This document shows positions 47,786 through 60,535 of a stretch of 64,000 nucleotides of DNA, in pieces. Position numbers and translations under genes: made by a program. The stretch is from Ranitomeya imitator (lineage: Eukaryota), in contig NC_091286.1 of the NCBI RefSeq assembly GCF_032444005.1, positions 170,004,001 through 170,068,000 of the forward strand, given 5' to 3'. The notes below the pieces were generated by a model. It was not told the DNA's origin and made no database searches. It saw only the letters and a list, made by a program, of their open reading frames with translations. Numbering within the stretch: position 1 is the stretch's first letter; every line of letters starts with the position of its first letter.

Positions 47786-48435
47786 TGTCACAATCCATTT
47801 TTGGATTCGTGACAGCTCTGCCTCAGCTTTAATTTATATGTTGTTTTTTGCTTTCGTGCCAGCAAGGGTTAATGTCAGTTTCCTTGCTGGAAGCTGCTTT
47901 GTTGCTGGTCACCTGATGTGGGTGGTGACTACTCCCACATCATTTAAATAGCCATATGACACACCAGCTGACTGTTGGTAATAGAGATTTCTATGTATGC
48001 CAGCCTTGGACTTGCAGCCCTCTGTTGTCAGTGCTGAATCTGCTTCTTCTGTGGAGTTCGGGGTCCTGTTTCCGTATCCTCTGTGGTGTGGAGCTTGGCA
48101 GCAGAGCCAGGAGCTAAGTTGCTTGATTACATACCTTGTCTGTCTCGTGCTTGTCACAATCCCCCGTGTTAGTAGTATCTGCAACGGTGAGGTTAGCGTC
48201 CTTGTCGGCCAGTGCACTTGCCAGGGTTTAGTGAGGTGACAGCAAGGGACAGGTATGTGACAGTGGCAGGGAGGGGGAAGGACCCACATAGGGCATTAGG
48301 GGAGAGGGATAGGCACAGGCTGAGTTAGGTGATGCCCCATCCCTCATTCCCTACTATTAGGGTCTTCCTCCCCCTTTTCCCATCCCGTTGTTGGGGTTAT
48401 GTCGTCCGCTGGACCGACCCCTTGTGGTTGTGACG
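47786..48435. mobile_element. Possible solo LTR
   Basis: tgtcacaa...ttgtgacg near-inverted termini; TSD not convincing. Confidence 0.35.
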
Positions 48436-49231
48436 GCAACTAATTATATATATATATATCAGACATTGGCAGTGATATAAATAGCACTATGCTGCAATTT
48501 CTTTTTGAAATTGGATGCTATTTACCCACTCAAGTCAATGCATGCGTGGAAAAAAAACTGCACACGGATGACATCCAAGTACAGTCCATTTTACGCAGAC
48601 TCACAGAATGTAAAAGATGGAGACATTTTGTTCTCCATCTTCTCAGAGTGCTCAGATTCTCTCATCGGACACTATGTTGGCACTCTGATAAAACTCTGAT
48701 CATACTCTGCTCAGAATGTCATTTGCATAATCTACGACCATCTGTACTTACCCTAACCTCCATATATGCAGGCTGGCCCAAACCTTACAATGTGCCATAC
48801 AAATTACTAATACCTCATTCTCCAGCAACTGAACAAGGCCAGACTTGTGTAGTACATTGCTGCTAGTCCACCTGATCTAATAGTATGGTTGTGATCAACA
48901 GGCTGCTCTCCCACACGGTGCACAATAAGCGACCGTGTGAGAACTTGCATTCAAGTTCCTATAACCCATCTGTGGCTGCCTTTTTTATTTAAAGGGTTTT
49001 TCCACTTCTAGAAAAGTGGACCCCAAACACTTCCTGTAAAGTAAAATAAGGACAGCCCTTCCCGACTCCAGCACAGGCCTTCTAGCATTGCTTTTATTGC
49101 TCTTTTGACTGCAGCATTGATAAACGCACATCCCCGTCGCAGCCAATCAATAGCTCATGGGTCTGTTGATGCAGAAAGCACAAGCTGCTGAACGTGATCA
49201 GCTGATTCTCCATGTCAGTACTACAGTATTA

Positions 49232-49619
49232 GGTTATGTTTCCAGGGTAAGTAAATGCTGCGGATTGGACACTGCGTACAGCTGCAGCATCCAATCCGCA
49301 GCGGCCAGATGTTACAGCATAGTGGATGGGATTTTATGAAATCCCGTCTCCACTATGTGTGCAAGGACGCCTCCGGCTTCCCTGCGTATACGCACATGCG
49401 GTGCGTCTTTCTAGACCGCAGCAAGTCAATTTATCTTGCGGAGACACTCCGCCTCAGCAAGATAAATATCACAGTCCAATGCACAGGATGCAGTGATTCA
49501 GCACGGTTCAATGAACACATGCGGAATCACCGCACCTACAAAATCCGGCATAGCTTTGGATGGAACGGACATGTGCTGTGTCCAAAGTGCTGCCGTATCT
49601 TGACTGTGGAAACATACCC
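49232..49619. mobile_element. MITE with TTA TSD (PIF/Harbinger-like)
   Basis: tta|ggttatgtttcca...tggaaacataccc|tta. Confidence 0.8.
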
Positions 49620-50594
49620 TTAAGGTGGTGCCAAAATATGCATAGATTTTGATAACATTTTTAATTTTCTGTTGATTGACCTGTGTAATAGTGCTTGTTT
49701 TTTTGCATGCCGATCTGACATTTTGATTTTTATTTCCCCTCTTTATGGCGATTATAGTACGGATTAATTTAAATACAAAGCATGTTTCTTTTTTATTAGC
49801 AGATAAAAAAGGGGCCATTTATTTTTTTCTCTTTATTCCCCATGGGAGATTTGAATCTACGATGCTTTAATTACTTGTACTATATAGTTACATGGGATGA
49901 AAAAAAGACCTAGGTCCACCAAATTCAACCTTCCTCCACCAATTGTACTGCAATACTTCAGTATATAATGTAAACCATGGGTTCCTATGAAGTCCATCAC
50001 TATCTGAAGAAGCCACACGAAACGCAAGTTGGAAAGTGGGGCGGAGGGACAGTGTGATTCCTATATCACATTTGGGTTACTACTTTAGATTTTTTTTATT
50101 TATTTGATTCATACCGCCTTTCCATAACCGTTTACAATAATTATGTTCTCATTATATATGCATTTTTATTCTACAATCCTTTGGGTACTATTCCCTACCT
50201 ATGACTTATCACTGGTTGGATCACATATATTATCTTACCGTATTTTTTGTAACATCAGTTCTCATGCAGTTTCTCCTCTACTCGGCATCTTATATGACGT
50301 TTTTCTAATCTTTATGCAATTTGTGTTTATCTTTCTGGATTGTCAATTTGACACCAGTAAAATATTCTATTTTCACAACTAATTCATTATTATCACGTAT
50401 TGCAGCTAAGCAAGGATTGTGGCATTATTTATATTAGTTTATGGGACTGTCGCGGGGCTTCACAGCAGTACCAAGACGGCAGCCATGGGGGCGTTTAGAG
50501 GGTGCCGACTGACACGGTAACTATTGGTCCCACTTAGAGGGGGCAACAGCTTCAATCCTGCCGCATGAGAGTGACAGAGGCATCTACACAGTTA

Positions 50595-50937
50595 GGGTAT
50601 GTGCACACGTTGTGGACTGCATTGTGGATTTTTCCATGCGGATTCTGTCCCCTGCGTTTTACCTAAGATTTTCTGCGGATTTCGCCTGCATTTTTACACC
50701 TGCGGATTCCTATTATGGAATAGGTGTAAAGTGCTGCGGAATCTGCTCAAAGAATTGACATGCTGTGGGAAATAAACCGCTGCGTTTCTGCGTGAAATTT
50801 TCAGCAGCATGTGCAGTGCGAATTTGGTTTTCCATAGGTTTACATGGTACTGTACAACGCATGGAAAACGGCTTCGGATCCGCAGGGCCAAATCCGCTGC
50901 GGATCCGGAGCCAAATCCGCAACGTGTGCACATACTC
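50595..50937. mobile_element. Palindromic MITE (gggtatgtgcacac family)
   Basis: tta|gggtatgtgcacacg...cgtgtgcacatactc. Confidence 0.78.
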
Positions 50938-51329
50938 TCAGGCCGGGATCACACATGCGAGACTCTGCCATATTTCTCGCATGTGTGATCCCGGCCTGAG
51001 AGTATGTGCACACGTTGCGGATTTGGCTCCTGGGTATTAACATGCGAGACTCTTCTGGCATGTGTGATCCTGGCCTTAGACTACAGCGATTGCAGAGAGT
51101 TCCTGCTAATAAGAGACATGCCGGCTGTGGATGGAATGGTAGTGCGCATGTCTACACAGCCTTTTTCTTGGAATTGATGAGGGTGCCAGGAGGTTGTCGC
51201 CAAGTATAGATGTTATATGGTTATAGATGAAAATAATCTTTAAACACAGAAACTAAAGAATGATAAAAATAATGTAATAACTACAAGCACATAAACCATT
51301 ATTTGTGTATTAAGTGAATGAAAACTTAC

Positions 51330-51410
51330 TTTGGGTTCTCCACTGATATCAACAAAGTGAGCTCCATTTTCAATGCAGGCCTTCACCACAGGTTCGCCAT
51401 AAAATCTGTA
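51330..51410 (-). CDS. SCCPDH: SCCPDH internal coding exon (equivalent to human exon 3), YRFYGEPVVKACIENGAHFVDISGEPK
   Basis: Minus strand reads ttgtatcag|TACAGATTT...CCCAAA|gtaagt; 81 nt, phase 0/0. The peptide matches the remembered vertebrate SCCPDH segment YRFYGEPVIKACIENGASCIDISGEPQ. Confidence 0.96.
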
Positions 51411-51974
51411 CTGATACAATGCACATTCAGAAGACAAGTCAGTCATTGTGAAGAAGGTTTAACTAGAAAACTTAAGCAGCAATTATTATTTAGAAATGGT
51501 AATATACATCATAATGTGAGCCCTTTATAACATCAAAAGATTGTGCAACTAGCAAAAGCAATGCCGACCAATGTAACTAGATCAGGGGGCTTTGCGCCAT
51601 CTCTCACAGAAGTGATGGGTCATTCAGTACAGAGCTGCCATCACCCCTCACCTACACTAACTGCATTCTTGCAGATCAGGTGAATGTTGTGGAGGCGTCT
51701 CAAGGAAAAACATTTCACAATCAGTATAGACTTTATTACAAACCAACATCTGCACCATGGACTTCCAATAAGTGGGAGAACTTTACTCTGCAGCGTTATC
51801 TCTAATCAACTGATAACAATTACAAAACTCCACAAATATGAGGCAGGGTTATCATTTATATAGTGGGTAAGAGCCAATTGGCACTTACAATATGCTAAAT
51901 AGTAGTCTGCCCTATGCTAAATAGTAGTCTGCCCTAGACTTCTTCCGATAAGGCCTAATTAAGACGAGAGTAGA

Positions 51975-52627
51975 GGCCCCGTCACACATAGCGAGATCGC
52001 TGCTGAGTCACAAGTTTTGTGACGCAACACCGATCTCAGTAGCGATCTCGCTATGTGTGACACGTACCAGCGATCAGGCCCCTGCTGTGAGATCGCTGGT
52101 CGTGTCGGAATGGCCTGGGCCATTTTTTGATCGTTGAGGTCCCGCTGACATCGCTGAATCGGCGTGTGTGACGCCGATTCAGCGATGTCTTCGCTGGTAA
52201 CCAGGGTAAACATCGGGTAACTAAGCGCAGGGCCGCACTTAGTAACCCGATGTTTACCCTGGTTACCATCGTTAAAGTAAAAAAAACAAACACTACATAC
52301 TTACCTACCGCTGTCTGTCCTCGGCGCTCTGCTTCTCTGGTCTGGCTGTGAGCGCCGGTCAGCCGGAAAGCAGAGCGGCCCTGCGCTTAGTTACCCGATG
52401 TTTACCCTGGTTACCAGTGAAGACATCGCTGAATCGGTGTCACACACGCCGATTCAGCGATGTCTGCGGGGAGTCCAGCGACCAAATAAAGTTCTGGACT
52501 TTCTTCCCCGACCAGCGACAGCACAGCAGGGGCCTGATCGCTGCTGCCTGTCACACTGGACGATATCGCTAGCGAGGACGCTGCAACGTCACGGATCACT
52601 AGCGATATCGTCTAGTGTGACGGTACC
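51975..52627. mobile_element. Palindromic MITE, sister of 39575-40250
   Basis: ggccccgtcacac...gtgtgacggtacc|tta; shared internal blocks. Confidence 0.78.
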
Positions 52628-52969
52628 TTAGGGCATGTGCTGTCTGAGTAAAGATTGCACAGCACACTGACCAAGGTAACTCAATAGGGCTGGTGAGATG
52701 ACAGTTTTTCACACAGACCAAGTGTCCGTGTGGAGGGAAAAAAAACTTTTTTCAAATCCCACACAAAACATTCTTTTGTAGCACCTGATCTTTATGGGTT
52801 AAATTATCTCAAGGATCAGTATTGATCATGTATATTTTTGAAAACCGAACACACGGATGACAACAAAGAGTTTTGATGCCTTCAGTGTGAATGTACAATT
52901 GTCACAGTCATGAAAATACAGAAAAATCTTTAAATGAGAAGGTGTGTCCAAACTTCTGGTCTGTACTGT

Positions 52970-53305
52970 ACCTCTTGTTGCCATCTATGGCTGTGAGGGG
53001 CGCCATCGCTGACCGCTCACTCGGCATCATGTGACCCCATTTGCAGCCTCCGTTGATGTCATGTCAAGTTTCCTATCTCCTGCATTTCCCCGGGCGAGAC
53101 CCCTCCTGATTGACTGGGCTGTGAATGGTGTTTCACTTCACATCACAGCCCAGTCAATCAGGAGGAGTGTGCGCAACTGGGTCTCGCCCGGGGAAATGCA
53201 GGAGATCTGGAACTTGACATCAGCAGATGGCTGCAGCCGGGATCACGTGATGCCGAGTGAGCGGTCAGCAATAGAAACCCTCACAGGTACAGATGACAAC
53301 AAGAG
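52970..53305. repeat. Fold-back element with ~150-bp imperfect arms
   Basis: ctcctgcatttccccgggcgagaccc / gggtctcgcccggggaaatgcaggag, plus outer complementary blocks. Confidence 0.7.
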
Positions 53306-53330
53306 CCACTTACATAAATACTTTTTTACA

Positions 53331-53570
53331 TGGTAGCCCGTGGTTAGTACTGCAGCCTTGCAGCACTGAATTCCTGGGTTCAATTCCCACCAAGGACAAC
53401 ATCTGCAAGGAGTTTGTATGTTCTCCCTGTGTTTGCGTGGGTTTCCTCTGGGTTCTCTGGTTTCCTCCCACATTCCAAAGACATATCGATAGAGAAATTA
53501 GATTGTGATCCCCATTGGGGACAGTGATGATAATAAAGTGCTGCAGAATATGTTGGTGCTATATAGATTA
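53331..53570 (+). mobile_element. tRNA-derived V-SINE
   Basis: B box gggttcaattccc; V-domain ggagtttgtatgttctccctgtgtttgcgtgggtttcctc...ctcccacattccaaagacat; L2-like tail. Confidence 0.85.
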
Positions 53571-53788
53571 ATTTTAAGGTTTAAATTGGTAGGGGCATTA
53601 TAGAATGTAGTACACAACCTCTTTAAAGCTAACTGGGAAAGAGATGTTGGCTACTCCACGCTGCGGCGTAAAGTTGGCAGATTTTACATACAAAAAAATA
53701 CATATGTTTTGGTCATGGTCGCTGTTAACCGCGTTATGGCAAAGGGTTGCTATACTAATGGAGGTTTATCAAATTCAAATCCCACTAA

Positions 53789-54821
53789 GGCTACTTCCGT
53801 CACGCATAATCCGGCGGCGGGACGGATTGCTGGATCTGGCACAATTAGTGTAAAAACTGATTGCAGCGGATCAGCTTTTCTTCCGGATCCGGATAAAGAT
53901 ATAATGTAAAAAAATAATAACCAAAAATAAAAAATTGTGATATTCTCACCTTCTGGTAGCCTTCCCGCTCCTTGCGATGGTCGCGATGCTCCCGGTCCCA
54001 GTAATGCATCGCAGCAATGACCTGCGATGACGTAGCGGTTTCACGAGACCACACGTCATCTGGGGTCATTGCCGCTATGCATTACTGGGACCGGGACCAT
54101 CGCGAAGAGCGGGAAGGCTGCGGGGGACGCTGGAAGGTGAGAATATCATGATTTTTTATTTTGTTTATTATTTTTTACATTATATCTTTTTACTATTGAT
54201 GCTGCATAGGCATTTTTTTGAAAATTTGCCGGATTGTGCCTGATGCAAAAAAACTGATGTGTGCAAGTAGCCTAAGGCTGTAGTCACACTAGCTCAGTGG
54301 TCCCCAACTCCAGTCCTCGAGGGCCGCCAACAGTGCAGGTTTTCAGGATTTCCTTAGTATTGCACAGGGGTTGGAATCCAACCCCTGTGCAATACTAAGG
54401 AAATCCTGAAAACCTGCACTGTTGGCGGCCCTCGAGGACTGGAGTTGGGGACCACTGCACTAGCTTATTGCATCCGATGCGAGAGCATCAGATGCGATAT
54501 GTTAATGACCCTCGGCTCCTGTTCTGCTGCGAGCGGGAGCCGAGTGTCATGCGTCTGTGCTCCGAGCCTCTTGCAGAGAGAGGATCGGAGCACAGCTGCG
54601 GAGGAGGCAGAGAAACTAATTTTTCCATCTCTTCCATTGCTGGGGTCAGCGTTTAACGCACATCACACAGATGATATCCGAGTGATGTGCGTTGTCTCAC
54701 TCACACCCATAGGCTTATATGGGGGTGCGAGTGAGCCGAGAGTCGGCCGAGTGGAAAACGGCTGATTTTTTTTTTTATCACATTGCACTCGTCCGTTTTA
54801 GTCGCCAGTGTGACCCCGGCC
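53789..54821. mobile_element. Two abutting Harbinger-like MITEs (53789-54272 and 54276-54821) sharing a TAA
   Basis: taa|ggctacttcc...caagtagcc|taa|ggctgtagtcacact...agtgtgaccccggcc|tta. Confidence 0.65.
54295..54457. mobile_element. hAT MITE forming a perfect 163-bp palindrome
   Basis: 81-bp arms with a 1-nt centre at 54376; 8-bp TSD cactagct at 54287-54294 and 54458-54465. Confidence 0.92.
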
Positions 54822-55090
54822 TTAGTCCTAAATCCTGGATCTTGGGACTGGTGAGGGACGCCAGAAATTCCTGTCCAATTCAGTTAGACATATCCAAAAT
54901 ATTATATCACACTAGGAAATCTATTGCTAAACATTGCATGGCAAGTGCTCCTCCATTCATCGATGAAGTAATAAAATATCTGAAACATACAATTTATATG
55001 AAGAAAAAAAATATGTATATCAAAAGGGGAGCTACTGCCAACTTTGGGCAAAAATGGGGAAACTGGATCAGATGTTCTGCAGTAGTATTA

Positions 55091-55475
55091 GGGTATGTGC
55101 ACACGTGGCGGATTTCCTGCGGATCCGCAGCGGTTTTTGCGGTGCAGAAACACTGCAGATCCGCAATTGATTTACAATACAATGTAAATCAATGAGAAAA
55201 AAAAACGCTGTGCGGAAAATTCGGTGCGGAAACGCTGCAGATTAAAAGAAGTAGCATGTCACTTCTTTTTTGCGGATCTGCAGCGTTTTTATACCCATTC
55301 CATTATAGAAATCCGCAGGGGTAAAAAACGCTGAAAATCCGCAGCAAAACCGCACCAAAAACGCTGCGGATCCGCACAAAAAAACGTGACAAATCCGCAG
55401 CTGCGTTTTCTGCCAAGAGAGGCAGAATCCGAACCAGAAATTCCTAAGGCTAATCCGCAACGTGTGCACATAGCC
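55091..55475. mobile_element. Palindromic MITE with TTA TSD
   Basis: tta|gggtatgtgcacacg...cgtgtgcacatagcc|tta. Confidence 0.85.
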
Positions 55476-57009
55476 TTAAGGGAATTGGCAAAGGATGAGA
55501 TTTTCAATTTACTAATACTTTAACGAACATATTTTAGATGGTTCTCTGGGTAATGTATTGTTTGTCATACACTAGAAGGGGAAGGGTCTGGGCAGATGTT
55601 TGGGGGTAGGGAGATGTTTGGGGGTGAAAAATCTATATGTGAACAATAGTGGGGTATGTGGGTTCAAAAATTGTTCTAAAATGTATTTTGCCAGCTTTAA
55701 TAAAAAACTTTTTTCCATTCAAAATGAACGAATGGCATGTTCTCTTATGCGTGTCCTTACTTTGGATAGGGTCAAATCTGCTGACCAACTCCCTAGTCAT
55801 GTCTACTACATTACAGGGCTGGGTAGCCCACTGCCAATTTTTGTAGTCAGTTTGATTTTTATTAGCAAGGAATTTCATAGACATCATTAGTACCTTCCCA
55901 GAAACCCCCATTTAGGATCAAGTACGAGAGATGTGTAGTTTTCTTCTTAAATCAGTTTTTTCCCCCCTTCTCCCATTTTCCCTTCACCCACAGATGGTAT
56001 ATATCAGCAGGCCCCATGTGCTCTATCCAAAATGTATAAAACCTCATGTTCCCAGGACAGAGTAATTACTTCCGGTAGCAAAGCAATCACCTATTGCTGA
56101 GACAAAGTGTTCATCATTATTTTTTTTTTCCTTCAAACTTGAGGACTTTCAGCCTAAGGACAAAGGGCACAAAGTCTTAGGACTCCTAACTGAACATTGT
56201 ACAGCCCTATTGTAAATTCTTGTAGTAGAGAAGAATATAGATGAAAAGTCTGATGGAGCAGGTCACAGTGTGTAGGTATTCAGCGGTAGATTAGAGGCTA
56301 AGTGCACCTTTATGGCAGCCCATTATGGCTCAGAAATGCATTATCAGGTCACTGCAATAAATATTATCAGTGAATGTCTAGAACAAGGGTGGCCAATTTA
56401 TTTTCCCTAGAAAAACACGTGAGAGATTGATACCAGAAGATACAGATACTGTTGAAGTCAAGACGATGGGGGGGTGAAAAGTACGGGCTTCCCAAAGTCA
56501 CAGGCGTCAAGTCACAGGTTCAGAAGTTCTGCCTGTCCTAATCCAGGAATAACCAAGGGCCGAATGTGCCCCACGGGCCACAGTTTGCCCAGACCTGTAC
56601 TAGAACTATCAATATAACACCCTCATGAGGATATGCTAGTCAATGCAATTACATCAGCAAAATAGCCTCAAACTGCCAAACAGGAGAGGTAAGAAACAAG
56701 CAGTGTCCGGGTCTGTGGAGTCACATTGGTTGCCAAGCCAATCAGTAACACTGAGATTGAGCATTTGATGTTATCCCTGAGGGGTCATCGACTCTCCCAG
56801 ATATCAGGGGAACAGGATTAGGCAGTCAAATTTAAACATGTCCAATATTTTGTTCTCTAAAGGAAATGGCTGCCGTTGGATTAGTCCCCAATCCCTATTG
56901 AGAACACATGTACACTTGGCTTGGATGATGATGCATGTGGGGGAATATAGGAGGAATAGCAGCAGGTAAGACGAGTGTTAGCGAACAGTTTTTTAAAGTG
57001 TATGGTAAC

Positions 57010-57580
57010 AGAATCCTGCGCCTGCACGCCCTCCACAATACGAACCTCTTCCTCCCTTCTATGGGCACTGCATTCTTCTGCGTCAGCGACTTCCTCTTCA
57101 GTGATGTGCGCGCCGATAAGGTTCTCTCCCCACTTCCTCCTCCCTGCATAGTCATTGCTATGTACACATGGTTCCTAGCGATGACCATGCAGGGAGGAAG
57201 TAGGGAGAGCATATTATCAGCATGCACGCCGGAGGTCACAGCGACTAGCCGATGCCTGCGCAGAACACCCTTGAATGCAGCACCCATAGAAAAGAGGAAG
57301 AGTATTGTGGAATGAGTGCTGGGCGCAGGGGCAGGATTCTTGGGCCATAATTGACGTACATGGGAGAGGGGGTAGTTTTACAATGAAGATAGGAGGCAGG
57401 ATTTCTTCCAGGCACCGCACTCCTCAGAGCCTGGAAGAAATCATTAGCATAAAGACCAAACATAGCATTTCTCAACAACAAGACCGGTAATATGAGGCAT
57501 ACAGGAAGGACTGGTTTAACATTTCCATTACCTGCATACCCATATTAACACATATACATCCCAGGGGTGACAGATTCCCT
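57010..57580. mobile_element. T2/Kolobok-type element remnant with an internal ~330-bp imperfect palindrome
   Basis: Arms at about 57010-57160 and 57176-57340; right terminus tgacagattccc(ttaa). Confidence 0.55.
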
Positions 57581-58942
57581 TAAAAGAGGCATTCTGGTTA
57601 AAGCAAGACATGACCTGTCCATAGAATTAGAAAGATAACTAAAATCAGTAGGAGTCCCATTGTCGGGATCCCCTTTGCTAGCCAGTATGGAAACTGCAAA
57701 TAACGCAAACACTAAGCCTCCATTCAAAACCTATGGCACAGAAATTATCCACACTGGAATCTGCACCCATGCCATAGACATTAATGCACAGTCAAATGCA
57801 AGCACAATCTGCTTCTGCCGTCAACGCTTTGCTTTCAACCATGGGACCCACAATGATGTAAGCGATATCACCTATCCAGTAGATAGGCGATGATTTGCTT
57901 ATTCTGAAATACCTCTTTAAAAATAAGCATTAGTCTCCGTGTGAATTTGCCAGAACAATGAATATAGTATATGGCGAGAACCCTCCTAAAAGTGGATCAG
58001 ACACAAGTGTGAAAATGAAGCAAAGGTCGATTTCTTATTTGGCGACTTCTTTATTTTTGTTGTTAAACCTGTAAAAAAAATATACAAAAAAAAGAATTAC
58101 AATAAAATACAATGCAGCGAGGGGCCCTGATACGCTTAAAAGCAGCTACTAAAGTAAAAAAACTGACAAAAATTGGCATCAAAGTGGGCACTGGAGGGTG
58201 TTGTTGAAAGGGTTAAATGACTTTGAGCCACCTCTCTCACACATAGATCAGGGTGCCTCACATCAAATTCAGGTCACTCTTGTCTGGCCCAAATGGCTTC
58301 TGGACATCTGAACTGGCAGCAAAGTGGAGGTTCATTTTAATTATTTGAATAATTGACTGGTGTTTTTGAGGGGTTTAGTAACTTTGGGCCACTGACCTCA
58401 CACCAGCATTACATACGGTACATAGTACGCCCTCTTTGATGCCCAGAACACATTTTGACCAAGATTAAAGTGGCCTGAATTTGATGCGGGTCATCACTAT
58501 CTGTGTATTGGTGGTGTGAGATCAGTGGCCCAAAGTCATTTAACCCCTCAAAAACATCAATTACTTACTCAAATCTGTAAAAATTGTCTATTAGCCAGTT
58601 TTGATGCCCATTCTAATGCCCAGAACATATTTGGGCCAGGCTAGAGTGACCTGAATTTGATGTGGGACACTCTGATCTATCACTTTGATGCTCATTTTTG
58701 TGCCAGTTTTATAAACTTCTGAATAAACTCAAAAGCAGCTACAAATCAGAACCACTCACTGTATTTAGTTTTATTTTTGTAATTGTTTTATATTTGCCAT
58801 TAAACCTGTAAAAAAACAGAAAGGAAAAAAAAAGAAGTTGATGAATAAGAAACAAAAACCTCAGCATCATAGTGTGAACCTAGCCTAAAAGAATTGTGAA
58901 GTTTGTGCAATCTGTATATAACCTACACTGGATCCAAATATA

Positions 58943-60535
58943 CAGTGCCCTGCAAAAGTATTTGGCCCCCTGGAACTTTTCAACCTTTTCCCACATATCA
59001 TGCTTCAAACATAATCATAATGATACCAAATGTAAATTTTTGGTGAAGAATCAACAACAAGTGGAACACAATTGTGAAGTTGAACGAAATGTATTGGTTA
59101 TTTCAAATTTTTGTGGAAATTCAAAAACTGAAAAGTATTATTTGGCCCCTTTACTTTCAGTGCAGTAAACTCACTCCAGAAGTTCATTTTGGATCCAATG
59201 TTGTCCTAAATGCCTAATGATGATAAATATAATCCACCTGTGTGTAATCAAGTCTCCGTATAAATGCACCTGCTCTGTGATAGTCTCATGGTTCTGTTTG
59301 AAGCACAGAGAGCATCATGAAGACCAAGGAAGACATCAGGCATGTCTGTGATACTGTTGTCGAGAAGTTTAAAGCTGGATTTGGATTCAAAATGATTTCC
59401 AAAACTTTAAACATCCCAAAGAGCACTGTGCATATTGAAATGGAAGGAGTATCATACCACTGCAAATCTACCAAGACCCGGCCGTCCCTCTAAACTTTCA
59501 TCTCAAAACAAGGAGAAGACTGATCAGAGATGGAGCCAAGAGGCCCATGATCACTCTGGATGAACTGCAGGGATCTACAGCTGAGGTGGAACAGTCTATC
59601 CATAGGACAAGAATCAGTCATACACTGTACAAATCTGGCCTTTATGGAAGAGTGACAAGAAGAACGCCATTTCTCAAAGATATCCATAAAAAGTGTTATT
59701 TAAAGCTTGCAACAAGCCACCTGGGAGACACACCAAACATGTGAAAGAAGGTGCTCTGGTCAGATTAAACCAAACTCGAAGTTTTTGGCAACAATGCCAA
59801 ACGATATTTTTGGCGTCAAGACAACACAGCTCATCACCCTGTACACACCATCCCCACTGTCAAACATGGTGGTGGCAGCACCATGGATTGGGCCTGATTT
59901 TCTTCAACAGGGACAGGGAAGATGGTTAAAATTAATGAGAAGAAGGATGGAGCCAAATACAGGACCATTCTTGAAGAAAACCCGTTGGAGTTTGCAAAAG
60001 ACCTGAGACTGGGACGGAGTTTTGTCTTCCAACAAGACAATGATCCCAAACATAAAGCAAAATCAACAATGGAATGGTTCACAAATAAACGTATCCATCT
60101 GTTAGAATGGCCAAATAAAAGTCCAGACCTCAATCCAATCGAGAATCTGTGGAAAGAGCAGAAAACTGCTGTTCACAAACGATCTCCATCAAACCTCACT
60201 GAGCTCGAGCTGTTTGCCAAGCAAGAATGGGCAAGAATTTCAGTCTCTCGATGTACAAAACTGATAGAGACATACCCCAAGCGACTTGCAGCTGTAAGCG
60301 CAGCAAAAGGTGGCACAACAAAGTATTAGCTTAAAGGTCCACGCCCCACTTTTCAGTTTTTGATTTTCAACAAAAATTTAAAATAACCAATAAATTTCAT
60401 TCAACTTCACAATTGTGTTCCATTTGTTGTTGTTTCTTCTCCAAAAATTTACATTTGGTATCTTTATGTTTGAAGCATGATATGTGGGAAAAGGGTGAAA
60501 AGTTCCAGGGGGCCGAATACTTTCGCAAGGCACTG
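58943..60535 (+). mobile_element. Tc1-family DNA transposon, full length, decayed (transposase remnant 59317-60329)
   Basis: TIRs cagtgccctgcaaaagtatttggccccctggaac / gttccagggggccgaatactttcgcaaggcactg; QDNDPKH...SPDLNPIENLW (DD34E); multiple frameshifts. Confidence 0.92.

Noticed and set aside
55994-56100. Possible plus-strand exon after a strong polypyrimidine tract and cag
   Set aside because: No recognisable peptide in any frame, no convincing donor and no partner exons.
56895-57481. Overlapping 126-130 aa ORFs on both strands
   Set aside because: Explained by an imperfect palindromic MITE; no homology recognised.
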